Shown here: positions 1-7,656 of the stretch, piece by piece | Layout of the letters: each line of letters begins with the position of its first letter | Position numbering within the stretch: the first letter of the stretch is position 1 | Assembly (NCBI GenBank): GCA_041690135.1 | Contig: JAWLHY010000005.1 | Coordinates: forward strand, 275,261 to 339,260 | Length of the DNA: 64,000 nt | Direction: 5' to 3' | DNA from: Armatimonadota bacterium | GTDB lineage: Bacteria; Armatimonadota; SYMT01 | Program-made: the position numbers and the translations under genes | Notes under the pieces: model-generated | Databases searched by the model: none | The model's input: only the letters and a program-made list of their open reading frames with translations | What the model was told of the DNA's origin: nothing

Positions 1-257
1 CGCACGCGCACGGTGCGGTTGCGGGTGTAGTCGTAGTAGACGGCCTCGCAGGACCGGCAGACATTGCGGTCCCCCACGTCGTCCATTTCGTCTTCGGACT
101 GGACGCCAAGCAGGCGCCAACGAGAGTTACCCAGCGCCTTTTGGACCTGGGGATGACGGGCGGCGTTGGCGGTAAAGGCGGAGACGGAGGCGGTCGGGTG
201 AGGCGAGCCCACCAGGAAGCGAGCGCCGCGCTCGAATACGAGTCCTTCTGTCGTCAC
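1..257 (-). CDS. Hypothetical protein, N-terminal part (runs off the window edge)
   Basis: GTG at 257 preceded by AGGAGAAAGG RBS; open frame MTTEGLVFERGARFLVGSPHP...CEAVYYDYTRNRTVRV to the edge; not in the ORF track because it has no stop. Confidence 0.7.
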   Translation of the reverse strand, partial: MTTEGLVFERGARFLVGSPHPTASVSAFTANAARHPQVQKALGNSRWRLLGVQSEDEMDDVGDRNVCRSCEAVYYDYTRNRTVRV

Positions 258-361
258 GCCGGATATCCTTTCTCCTACCGCGAACCTGCCACCGCGAGCC
301 AGCTAGGGTGAACTTACCGGTCCGATTGCCTGCACCTGGCTATTATACCGGCAGCCACGCG

Positions 362-1096
362 TCAACCGGCGACAAAGCTCGCAATTCGGCCGGGAACCGT
401 CGCATCGAACCCGGCAATGTCGAGCATGCCCGGGTCTTGCGGGTCGGCAATCGTGAAGCTTTCAGACTGCAGGCCCACCACGACCAGGCGCGCCGGAATG
501 TCCATCTCCTGGCGGTACTTCCGGAGCGCCTCGACCGGTGACGGCCTTCCGTGCCACGTTTCGGTATCCGTATATACCGCAAAGACATCGACCGGAAGCT
601 GCTGCTCCAGAGCCCATTCCATCGGAAGGCTGCAGTCCGTACCCCCCATTGGCAGCCGGGAGGTCATGTCCACGATCTCCGCGACGCGGTGGCGCGGGGA
701 GACCTCGAGGGGAGTCAACACCGAGCGTCCGTAACCCCACCGTCCGCCAAGGCCGTCCGGGCCGGCGGTGAAGGCGGCCACGGTCACCTGCCGCTCCAGG
801 GTAAGGGTCGTAAGGGTCAGCGCCGCACTGACGACCCGTGGGCTGAGGCCCGGATAGCCCGGCACCTCTCCAGAGCCCATGGACCCGGAGACGTCCAGCG
901 CTATCAGCCAGCGTTTTCCCGTCGTCTGCATGCCGCTGAACGCGGCGAAGAACAGGGAGTCCAGCGCGTCCGCGGACGGAGGCGCGCCGGGCGCCGGAGG
1001 GTTCGGAAACGCCGGCGAGGCATTCGGAAGTGTCCCCGCCGGCCCTGTATTTATGCGTGCCTGCTGTGGGGCACTCCGCTCTTCAAGAAAAGTCAT
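362..1096 (-). CDS. Ro60/TROVE-family protein, C-terminal vWA domain only
   Basis: Ro60-type vWA motifs GKRWLIALDVSGSM (MIDAS DxSxS), GGTDCSLPM, VFAVYTDTETW and TIADPQDPGMLDIAGFD; only a ~40-aa Pro/Ala-rich N-terminus precedes them; ATG 1096 chosen. Confidence 0.85.
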   Translation of the reverse strand: MTFLEERSAPQQARINTGPAGTLPNASPAFPNPPAPGAPPSADALDSLFFAAFSGMQTTGKRWLIALDVSGSMGSGEVPGYPGLSPRVVSAALTLTTLTLERQVTVAAFTAGPDGLGGRWGYGRSVLTPLEVSPRHRVAEIVDMTSRLPMGGTDCSLPMEWALEQQLPVDVFAVYTDTETWHGRPSPVEALRKYRQEMDIPARLVVVGLQSESFTIADPQDPGMLDIAGFDATVPGRIASFVAG

Positions 1097-1117
1097 GACG
1101 ATCTCGTTCGGCAATCG

Positions 1118-1155
1118 AAAAACAAAAACTCCCCGGCAGAGCCTGCCGGGGAGTT
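1118..1155 (-). terminator. Intrinsic terminator (attenuator)
   Basis: Stem AACTCCCCGGCAG / CTGCCGGGGAGTT (1127-1139 / 1143-1155) with a 3-nt loop, followed on the minus strand by UUUUUGUUUUU. Confidence 0.85.
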
Positions 1156-1177
1156 CGAAGCGGAAACGCTCGGGGCG

Positions 1178-1330
1178 TTACAAATCGAAAGGGGCTCTCC
1201 CGGCAGGCTCTGCACCATGCACGGCACAAGACAGCGTGGCGACGCAGATGGCGCACACCATAACGACGTGCTTGGAACGCGTCTCGCGCTTGCGGCTGGT
1301 GATGGAGTTGGACGAATACCAGTGGCTCAT
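1178..1330 (-). CDS. Putative leader (attenuator) peptide, 50 aa
   Basis: MSHWYSSNSITSRKRETRSKHVVMVCAICVATLSCAVHGAEPAGRAPFDL; lies between promoter and terminator and carries the antiterminator arm (1199-1213). Confidence 0.55.
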   Translation of the reverse strand: MSHWYSSNSITSRKRETRSKHVVMVCAICVATLSCAVHGAEPAGRAPFDL

Positions 1331-1381
1331 CGGAACTCTGCCTGGGTGAGGATCGGGGAACGTCAACATTCCCGGATCGAC

Positions 1382-1410
1382 AGCATACCCGGTGATCGTG
1401 TGGAAGTCAA
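1382..1410 (-). promoter_or_regulatory. Sigma70-type promoter
   Basis: TTGACT-17 bp-TATGCT on the minus strand. Confidence 0.65.
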
Positions 1411-1414
1411 GCAT

Positions 1415-1696
1415 TCACTGGGTGGTTTTACGCTTCTTCTTGGGCTTGTTCTTTCGGAAGCCGAAATACTTCTCGCTGCGATAACGGAGCCAGACGCGCA
1501 GCACCTGGGGGATCTGGTCCTTCTGCTCCTCGGTCAGCGTCATGTAGAGGGCCAACGCGCGGCCGCGAATCCGGCGGCAGGAGGCGTTGTTGTGCGCATC
1601 CCACTCCTTCCGCGCCTCGCGGATCAGCCGGCAGACCTCTTTAACCAGTTCCGCTCCCTGGAGCGGTTTTTCTTCTTTTCCGCCATCATCCGGCAT
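1415..1696 (-). CDS. Small basic conserved hypothetical protein (93 aa)
   Basis: WDAHNN..CR and IPQVLRVWLRYRSEKYFG segments resemble a small family I recall from Planctomycetota; Lys-rich tail; ATG overlaps the end of the MTase gene. Confidence 0.75.
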   Translation of the reverse strand: MPDDGGKEEKPLQGAELVKEVCRLIREARKEWDAHNNASCRRIRGRALALYMTLTEEQKDQIPQVLRVWLRYRSEKYFGFRKNKPKKKRKTTQ

Positions 1697-3953
1697 CTTG
1701 CTGTCCCATCCGGTACTTCTCGTCGTAGTGGAGCAGGTAGTCCTGTTCTTCAGCCGTGAATCCGTAGTGCCCCGCAAGCAGACGGTCGATCGCGTCGAGG
1801 ACCTCCTTCGCCTGCGCGGGGTAATACTCGCGGTACTCGACGGTCCCCGAAGGGTAGCGGCGGGTCCGCGTCCGCGCCGTGGCCTGCAACCGCTCGGCCA
1901 ACCGTTCTCCGCAGTCGCCCAACTCCTCCTGCAAGGGGATCGGAAGCGGGTCGAGCGGGAACGACGCCCACTCTTTCCTTCCCAGGTCGCGGCAGTTGCT
2001 CACCATTTTGAAGAAGAAATAGAAGGCCGTGCTGCTGAGGAGGGCCGCCAGGAGGTGCGCCCGGCGGCAATTGGGCGCCGGGATCCGGTGGTAATGGCCC
2101 GCGCTGGTGCGGGGCGCGCCGGGGTTCGGCGGGAAAGCCAACGCCCGGATCCAGTAGGTCGGCCCATCGTGCAGCCAGACGGCACCCTCCCCCTCCCCAG
2201 TCAGGTCCGTCAACCGTCCCCGGTGCCGGAGGAGCTTGCGGAAAAGGCTCTCGGCCACCGGATGCCCGGACTTGATCGGCATCCCAGTCTCCGGCCATTC
2301 GGAGGCAGGCGTGTAGCGGAGCCGGTCGAACAGGTGCGGTCGCTCAGGCTCGTGCCAGTGTTGATAGGGAGACACGTGGGTGGTCGGTCCGGGCGCGGGA
2401 CCGGTGATCCAGATGGCGAGGCGCTGCTCGACCCCCGGGAAGAGCTTGGCGGGCCGGTTGGAGTAGGTGCTGATCCAGCAGGCCTGCTCCCGCAGGAGCC
2501 CGGCCAACGGGCGAAACCCGGGAAGGGAGACGGAACTGATCGGTACGATGAGCCCCAGGCGCCCCTCCGGTCCGGCAAGCCGGCGGGCCCTCTCGCACAC
2601 CAGGGCGTAGAGATTCTCGCAGCCTTCCGTGGTATACCCGAGGCCGTGGTACTGCCCGCAGGGAGCATAGGCGACGTAGGGTGGATTCCCCACCACCGCA
2701 TCGAAGGCCTGCTTCTCTTCCGGGCACTGCGGCCAGGGAGCGGTTGTGGTCAGGACGTCGGCGGTCTGTAGATGGAGAGACAACTCCACAACCGGCGGTG
2801 TCTCCGCGGCGGAAGAAGGCGGAAGGCGATGGGTATCCGCGAGGAAGCGCAGCAGGAGGCGCATCCGGCACGTTTCGATGGCAGCCGACGAGAGATCGAC
2901 CCCATACAGGTTCCGCTCCAGGATCAGCCGGGTGACCTGGGAAGCCCCCCGGCGGGTCGGCTCGGCCGGGTCGCTTCCGTCGTCGAGTGTTCCGGATGCC
3001 GGGGCATTGTGAGCTTCCGGAGCCAACTGCCGGAGACGGTCGAGGCAGGCGAAGTACAGGGGTCGCAGGACCTCCAGTGCTCCCAGCAGAAACGCTCCGG
3101 ATCCGCAGGTCGGGTCCAAGACCTTAAAACCACACAGGGCGTCTTGAAGGAACCGGCGGATCGCTTCCGGGTTGCCGCATCCGGCGATCCAGTCCAGCAC
3201 CAACCGGCTGAGGTCCAGGTTCCAGGTGATGAAATCCGCGGACGTGGCGATCTCTCCGGCCACCCAGGACCGGCGGCACTCCGCCACGGACACCTGCCGC
3301 TCCCGGCGCTCCTGTTCGGTTTCGTGGGGCAAAGGGTCGGGTTGAATCCGGGTCGGAGGCAGGTAGCGGTCGGGGCTGTGGGGAGCGCGCCAGCCCGGTA
3401 GATCTCGCAATGAAAACGCACCCGCGGCGAGGCCCAGCGCGGCTGCGAACCGATCGAGCACCGCCGGGACCAGCACGCTGCCACAGATGTAGCGTGTGAC
3501 GTCGGGACTGGTGAAGTAGACGCCCTGCCCCTTGCGGTCCTGCTCGCGCTCGCAGAGGGCTCCCAGGAGGGCGGGGCCGATCCGTTCGTCGCCAGGATCT
3601 TCTGCCAGCGTCCATTCCCAGGCGTCGCAGGCCTGCAGCCAGGTTCGGCAAAGGGTATCCGGTACTGGCAGACCGGCATCCACGGTAGCTCCCAGCCAGC
3701 GGCGGGCGGTGGGGCGGAGTACCTCGCGGTCGAAATGACCGTGGTTCTCCGAGTTCGAGGATGTGTCCGCCGGCATCAGTTGCCAGAGCCGCCCGGGTGC
3801 GTATGGGAGCCAGCCCGCGTGGTCGAGCAGGTAGAGGAACACGAACCGCCGGAGGGCGGGCGCGTACTCCGGCCCCGGCAGGGTTCGCAGGAGACTCGCC
3901 AGGCATTTCCGCGGCGCCTGCTCTCTCCCTCCGCTGTTGCGTACGGTGCCCAC
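1686..3953 (-). CDS. Eco57I/type IIG-like amino-DNA methyltransferase with no recognisable endonuclease domain
   Basis: GVYFT motif X, VLDPTCGSGAFL motif I, LYGVD, VVGNPPY motif IV, C-terminal IDRLLAGHYGFTAEEQDYLLHYDEKYRMG; start codon uncertain. Confidence 0.85.
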   Translation of the reverse strand: MGTVRNSGGREQAPRKCLASLLRTLPGPEYAPALRRFVFLYLLDHAGWLPYAPGRLWQLMPADTSSNSENHGHFDREVLRPTARRWLGATVDAGLPVPDTLCRTWLQACDAWEWTLAEDPGDERIGPALLGALCEREQDRKGQGVYFTSPDVTRYICGSVLVPAVLDRFAAALGLAAGAFSLRDLPGWRAPHSPDRYLPPTRIQPDPLPHETEQERRERQVSVAECRRSWVAGEIATSADFITWNLDLSRLVLDWIAGCGNPEAIRRFLQDALCGFKVLDPTCGSGAFLLGALEVLRPLYFACLDRLRQLAPEAHNAPASGTLDDGSDPAEPTRRGASQVTRLILERNLYGVDLSSAAIETCRMRLLLRFLADTHRLPPSSAAETPPVVELSLHLQTADVLTTTAPWPQCPEEKQAFDAVVGNPPYVAYAPCGQYHGLGYTTEGCENLYALVCERARRLAGPEGRLGLIVPISSVSLPGFRPLAGLLREQACWISTYSNRPAKLFPGVEQRLAIWITGPAPGPTTHVSPYQHWHEPERPHLFDRLRYTPASEWPETGMPIKSGHPVAESLFRKLLRHRGRLTDLTGEGEGAVWLHDGPTYWIRALAFPPNPGAPRTSAGHYHRIPAPNCRRAHLLAALLSSTAFYFFFKMVSNCRDLGRKEWASFPLDPLPIPLQEELGDCGERLAERLQATARTRTRRYPSGTVEYREYYPAQAKEVLDAIDRLLAGHYGFTAEEQDYLLHYDEKYRMGQQDAG

Positions 3954-3990
3954 GCCTAGCCCCCCGACCCTGAACGGTCGGGCTCTGGTA

Positions 3991-4210
3991 CTGCACGCTG
4001 CCCACACCCACACCCGCAAGCGGGTACCCGGGCGTAAACCTCGTGGGCGCTCGGTCTGCGGTCAAAGCGGCGGCAGATCTTCTTGACCGGGCGCGGGTGC
4101 TCTGCGGACCGGCGATCTCGATCCGAGCGTCGGTGGTGCCCGCGAAGGTTTACACCCGGGCCGGGCAGCCTTCGGGTGGCGCTTGCGGGTGTGGGTGCGT
4201 GACCGTGCAG
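3991..4210 (+). other. Long branched inverted-repeat structure (candidate ncRNA or REPIN-like element)
   Basis: Nested pairings CTGCACG/CGTGCAG, CACCCACACCCGCAAGCG/CGCTTGCGGGTGTGGGTG, CCCGGGCGTAAACC/GGTTTACACCCGGG, CGCTCGG/CCGAGCG and GGTCAA/TTGACC; C(UUCG)G side loop. Confidence 0.6.
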
Positions 4211-4293
4211 TTTCGGAGCCCCGAGGATTTGCTCGGGAATCACGCCGGCTCGCGGGTGAACGTGTCGCATTGGGCTGTGCCGGTACTCAATGA

Positions 4294-5166
4294 TTACGCG
4301 ATGGGCTCTTCACACCCTGACGCGAGGCTGCGGAGGAGGGCGTGCATGATGCGGGTCGGCTCGAGGAGTTGGGCGTCCGTTAGCGGTCGCTGCCCGGTGC
4401 GAACCATCTCCATGAAGACCGCAAGACCGTCCGCGTAGCAATTGGTGATGTCGATCGTCTCACTTAGCCAGCCTTCGGTGCCGTGGAGGGTGGCGGAGTA
4501 GGTCGCTTTGGCGGATTTGCCCAGGTTCAGGTTGGCCAGCCGTCCGTCGGGCCAGCGGACCACGCTGGTGATGTTTCCCTGGCCCTCGCGGGCGTAGATG
4601 CCCGCGGCCCCGTGGCCGAAGAGCGTGAGCATCATCTCGATAGCGTGGTTGGCGTAGAAGAAGATGCCGCCATACTCGCTCTCCCGGTCCGCCGGTCCGG
4701 ACACCTGCCCCATCCGGATCTCCCCCAACGCGGAGGTACGTTCCCGTAGAGAGCGGATGGCGGGCGTCCAGCGGGTGGTGGAGTATGAGGTCAGCGGTGC
4801 GCCCGATTCCGCCGCGGCCTCCAGCATCGCCTGGCAGTCTTCCAACCGGATGGCGAACGGCTTGTCCACGAAGACGGGCTTCCCGGCACGAATGAACGGC
4901 AGGGCGTGACCGGCGTGGAGGTCGCCGTGCCGCCAGACGACCATCACGGCATCCACGCGGTCCAGCATGTCCTCGAGCGTGGGCGCCAGAAAGGGGATCT
5001 GCCCTTTCTCGATGACTTCCGCGTTCCGGACCGGATCCGTGCCGTAGAGCGCGACGCAGCGCGCATCCGCCCAGCGCGGGTCCCCGGCGCCCTTCTCGGT
5101 GTTCAGGAGTTGAGCGAAAGCAAGGGCGTGCGAGTTATCGGAGCCAACGATGCCGATGCGGAGCAT
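4294..5166 (-). CDS. Gfo/Idh/MocA family oxidoreductase
   Basis: MLRIGIVGSDNSH Rossmann start; VFVDKP motif. Confidence 0.85.
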   Translation of the reverse strand: MLRIGIVGSDNSHALAFAQLLNTEKGAGDPRWADARCVALYGTDPVRNAEVIEKGQIPFLAPTLEDMLDRVDAVMVVWRHGDLHAGHALPFIRAGKPVFVDKPFAIRLEDCQAMLEAAAESGAPLTSYSTTRWTPAIRSLRERTSALGEIRMGQVSGPADRESEYGGIFFYANHAIEMMLTLFGHGAAGIYAREGQGNITSVVRWPDGRLANLNLGKSAKATYSATLHGTEGWLSETIDITNCYADGLAVFMEMVRTGQRPLTDAQLLEPTRIMHALLRSLASGCEEPIA

Positions 5167-5394
5167 GAGAGTCTCGGGAGTGGGAGTGAACCGACAAGAC
5201 ACCAAGCGCGCCAAGAGGGAAAGAGAAGTAGGGAGCTTGGATCCGGCGTTCGGATGGGAAACAGCGGGACACCCTATCCTTCCCGTTCACTTCCCGGATC
5301 ACCTTCCGGGTTATCCGGTGATGAGAGGATCAGGGTAAGAAGAGCTCGGAACGAGACACGGTCGGTATTAGGCCTGGGAAGGGTGATTGCTTCT

Positions 5395-5636
5395 GCCCTT
5401 TCGGCCCCCTGCCCGGTGCTTCGCCGATTGGGATGAGGACGAGGATAAGGATAAGGAGGTCTGGAGCAGAACCAGAATCCTTCCGCCAGTATCTGGTGCA
5501 ATCTTCCGCCCTTTCGGCCCCCTGCCCGGTGCTTCGCGGATTAGGACGAGGATGAGGATTAGGATAAGAATGCCCAGGGCAGAACTCGATCGTTTCTTCC
5601 TTTGATAGGTATGGACCTCGGCCCTTTCGGCCCCCT
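5395..5636. repeat. Direct-repeat array with 113-bp period
   Basis: GCCCTTTCGGCCCCCT begins at 5395, 5508 and 5621; the first two copies extend to 61 bp with 5 mismatches. Confidence 0.85.
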
Positions 5637-5896
5637 ACCCCCGCCACCCACACCCCTTCGGGGCACCCGGTGCCCGGCTGGGGGAAGGTGCTAACCTCAG
5701 ATGGAGTGCGGGTTCACGTACGCCAGGATTGGCAGAGTCCCACAAGACACGACGAGTACTTGCCCATGGCCCGGCGGTGACGGAGAATTCTGCCCTACCA
5801 AACCGCAGCCAGCCTGTCGATCTTTGGGTTCCCCAACCTTCAACCTTCCAACCTGCAACTCAGATCCTGCCCTGCCGAACCATAGCCAATTCCGGA

Positions 5897-6745
5897 TCAG
5901 CCCTTGAGGCCGGTAACCGCGATGCCCTGGATGAAGGTCCGCTGGGCGAAGAAGAAGATGACGATGATGGGGAGCGTCATCAGGGTGGAGGCGGCCATGA
6001 GCAGGGACCATTCGGCGCCATGCTGGCTGACGAACTGCTGGAGCCCAAGGGAGAGGGTGGCCATCCGCTCGTCGTTGAGGTAGATGAGCGGACCCATGAA
6101 GTCGTTCCAGGCGCCGATGAAGGTGAAAAGGCCGACGGTGGCCAGTGCCGGGCGGGAGAGCGGCAGGATGACCCGGCGGTAGATGTCCCACTCCGAGCAG
6201 CCGTCGATGCGGGCCGCGTCGGAGAGCTCCAGCGGGATCGTGAGGAAGAACTGCCGCAGCATGAAGATGAAGAACGCAGTGCCCAGGAAGTGCGGCACCA
6301 CCAGCGGGTAGAAGGTGTCTACCCAGCCCAGCGCGCGGAAGATGCCGAACACCGGGATCAGGGTTACCTGCCCCGGCAGCATCATGGTGGCCAGCAGCAC
6401 CAGGAAGAGAGGGTCGCGTCCAGGCCAGCGGATGCGGGCGAAGCTGTAGGCCACCAGCGAGGAGGAGACCACGGCCCCGAAGACGCTGAGAACGCAGATG
6501 ATCAGGGTGTTTTTGAGAAACAGGAAGAACGGGATGTAGTTGACCGACCGGCCGAAGTTCTCCCAGTGCAGCACTTTGGGGAAGAACACCGGCGGCATGG
6601 CGAAGACTTCCGCATCCGCCTTGAGGCTGGTGATCACCAGCCAGTAGAACGGCAGGAAGAAGAGCCCCAGGCCGATCAGTGCCAGGTGCGACCCCAGGGT
6701 GCCGAGCGCGCGCCTCCCCCACCGCTTCGGATTCCCGCCGCTCAT
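5897..6745 (-). CDS. Carbohydrate ABC transporter permease (MalG-like)
   Basis: EAA loop ELSDAARIDG; multiple TM helices. Confidence 0.92.
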   Translation of the reverse strand: MSGGNPKRWGRRALGTLGSHLALIGLGLFFLPFYWLVITSLKADAEVFAMPPVFFPKVLHWENFGRSVNYIPFFLFLKNTLIICVLSVFGAVVSSSLVAYSFARIRWPGRDPLFLVLLATMMLPGQVTLIPVFGIFRALGWVDTFYPLVVPHFLGTAFFIFMLRQFFLTIPLELSDAARIDGCSEWDIYRRVILPLSRPALATVGLFTFIGAWNDFMGPLIYLNDERMATLSLGLQQFVSQHGAEWSLLMAASTLMTLPIIVIFFFAQRTFIQGIAVTGLKG

Positions 6746-7656
6746 CGGGCCTCGCCTCCGTAGTAGACCCACCGCGCGGAGCTGCGGAAGACCGCGAACG
6801 CGCAGACCAGCGTGACGAGGAATAGTACCCATGCCATGGCGCAGGCGTAGCCCATGCGGAAGTCGACGAACGCCATGTTGAACAGGTGGAGGGCGTAGAA
6901 GAGGGTCGAATCCTGCGGCCCGCCGGTCCCCTTGGTGATGACGTACACCTGGGTGAAGTACTGAAACGAGCCGATGAGACCCATGATCAGGTTGAACAGG
7001 ATCACCGGGCTCAGCATCGGAAGCGTGACGTGCCGGAACTGCGCAGCCTTCCCGGCGCCGTCCAGGGAGGCGGCCTCATAGAGCTGCTGGGGAATATCCT
7101 GGAGGCCGGCCAGGTAGATGACCATGCCCCCACCCGCTCCCCAGAGCCCCATCAGGATCAGGGCGGGCTTCGACCAGTCCGGAGAGTTCAGCCATCCCGG
7201 CCCCGAGAGGCCGACCTTCTGCAGGACCGTGTTGACCAGCCCCATCTCCGGGTTCAGCACCCAGAGCCACAGGATCGAGGTCGCCACGATGGGCGTGATG
7301 CTCGGCAGGTAGTAGACGGTGCGGTAGAACGCCATCCCCTTCAGCTTCTGGTTCATCAGGAGCGCGATAGCCAGGCTGACCACCAGCGTCACCGGCAGGC
7401 CGAAGAGCACCATGTAGAGCGTGTTGCCGAGGGAGGTCCAGAAGAGCGGGTCCTCCGTGAAAAGAATGCGGTAGTTCTCCAGTCCGGCCCAGCGCGGGGG
7501 GCGCAGCGCGTCGTAGTTACAGAGGCTGTAGTAGAACGAGGCGGCGATCGGGTACGCGATCAGCACGGCCAGGTGGAGGATCCAGGGCAGGGCGAACAGG
7601 ATCCCGTTGCGGAGGTTGCGGCGCTGCTCCGCGCTGGGGCGTCGCTTGGGTTTCAT
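6742..7656 (-). CDS. Carbohydrate ABC transporter permease (MalF-like)
   Basis: LYEAASLDGA loop, FRHVTLPML; ATGA overlap with the next gene. Confidence 0.92.
   Translation of the reverse strand: MKPKRRPSAEQRRNLRNGILFALPWILHLAVLIAYPIAASFYYSLCNYDALRPPRWAGLENYRILFTEDPLFWTSLGNTLYMVLFGLPVTLVVSLAIALLMNQKLKGMAFYRTVYYLPSITPIVATSILWLWVLNPEMGLVNTVLQKVGLSGPGWLNSPDWSKPALILMGLWGAGGGMVIYLAGLQDIPQQLYEAASLDGAGKAAQFRHVTLPMLSPVILFNLIMGLIGSFQYFTQVYVITKGTGGPQDSTLFYALHLFNMAFVDFRMGYACAMAWVLFLVTLVCAFAVFRSSARWVYYGGEAR

Noticed and set aside
258-1414. Frameshifted full-length Ro60 or adjacent tRNA-like Y RNA
   Set aside because: No TROVE-like sequence in other frames and no T-loop/cloverleaf recognised.
551-2771. 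Long plus-strand ORFs 551-1759 and 1587-2771
   Set aside because: Antisense shadows of motif-bearing minus-strand genes; typical of high-GC DNA.
3956-4438. ORFs 3956-4270 (-) and 4043-4438 (+)
   Set aside because: No protein features; the region is better explained by the inverted-repeat structure.
5395-5636. Calling the 113-bp array a CRISPR
   Set aside because: The repeat is ~61 bp with a low-complexity tail, there are only 2-3 units, the spacers share short words and no cas genes are present; kept as a repeat.
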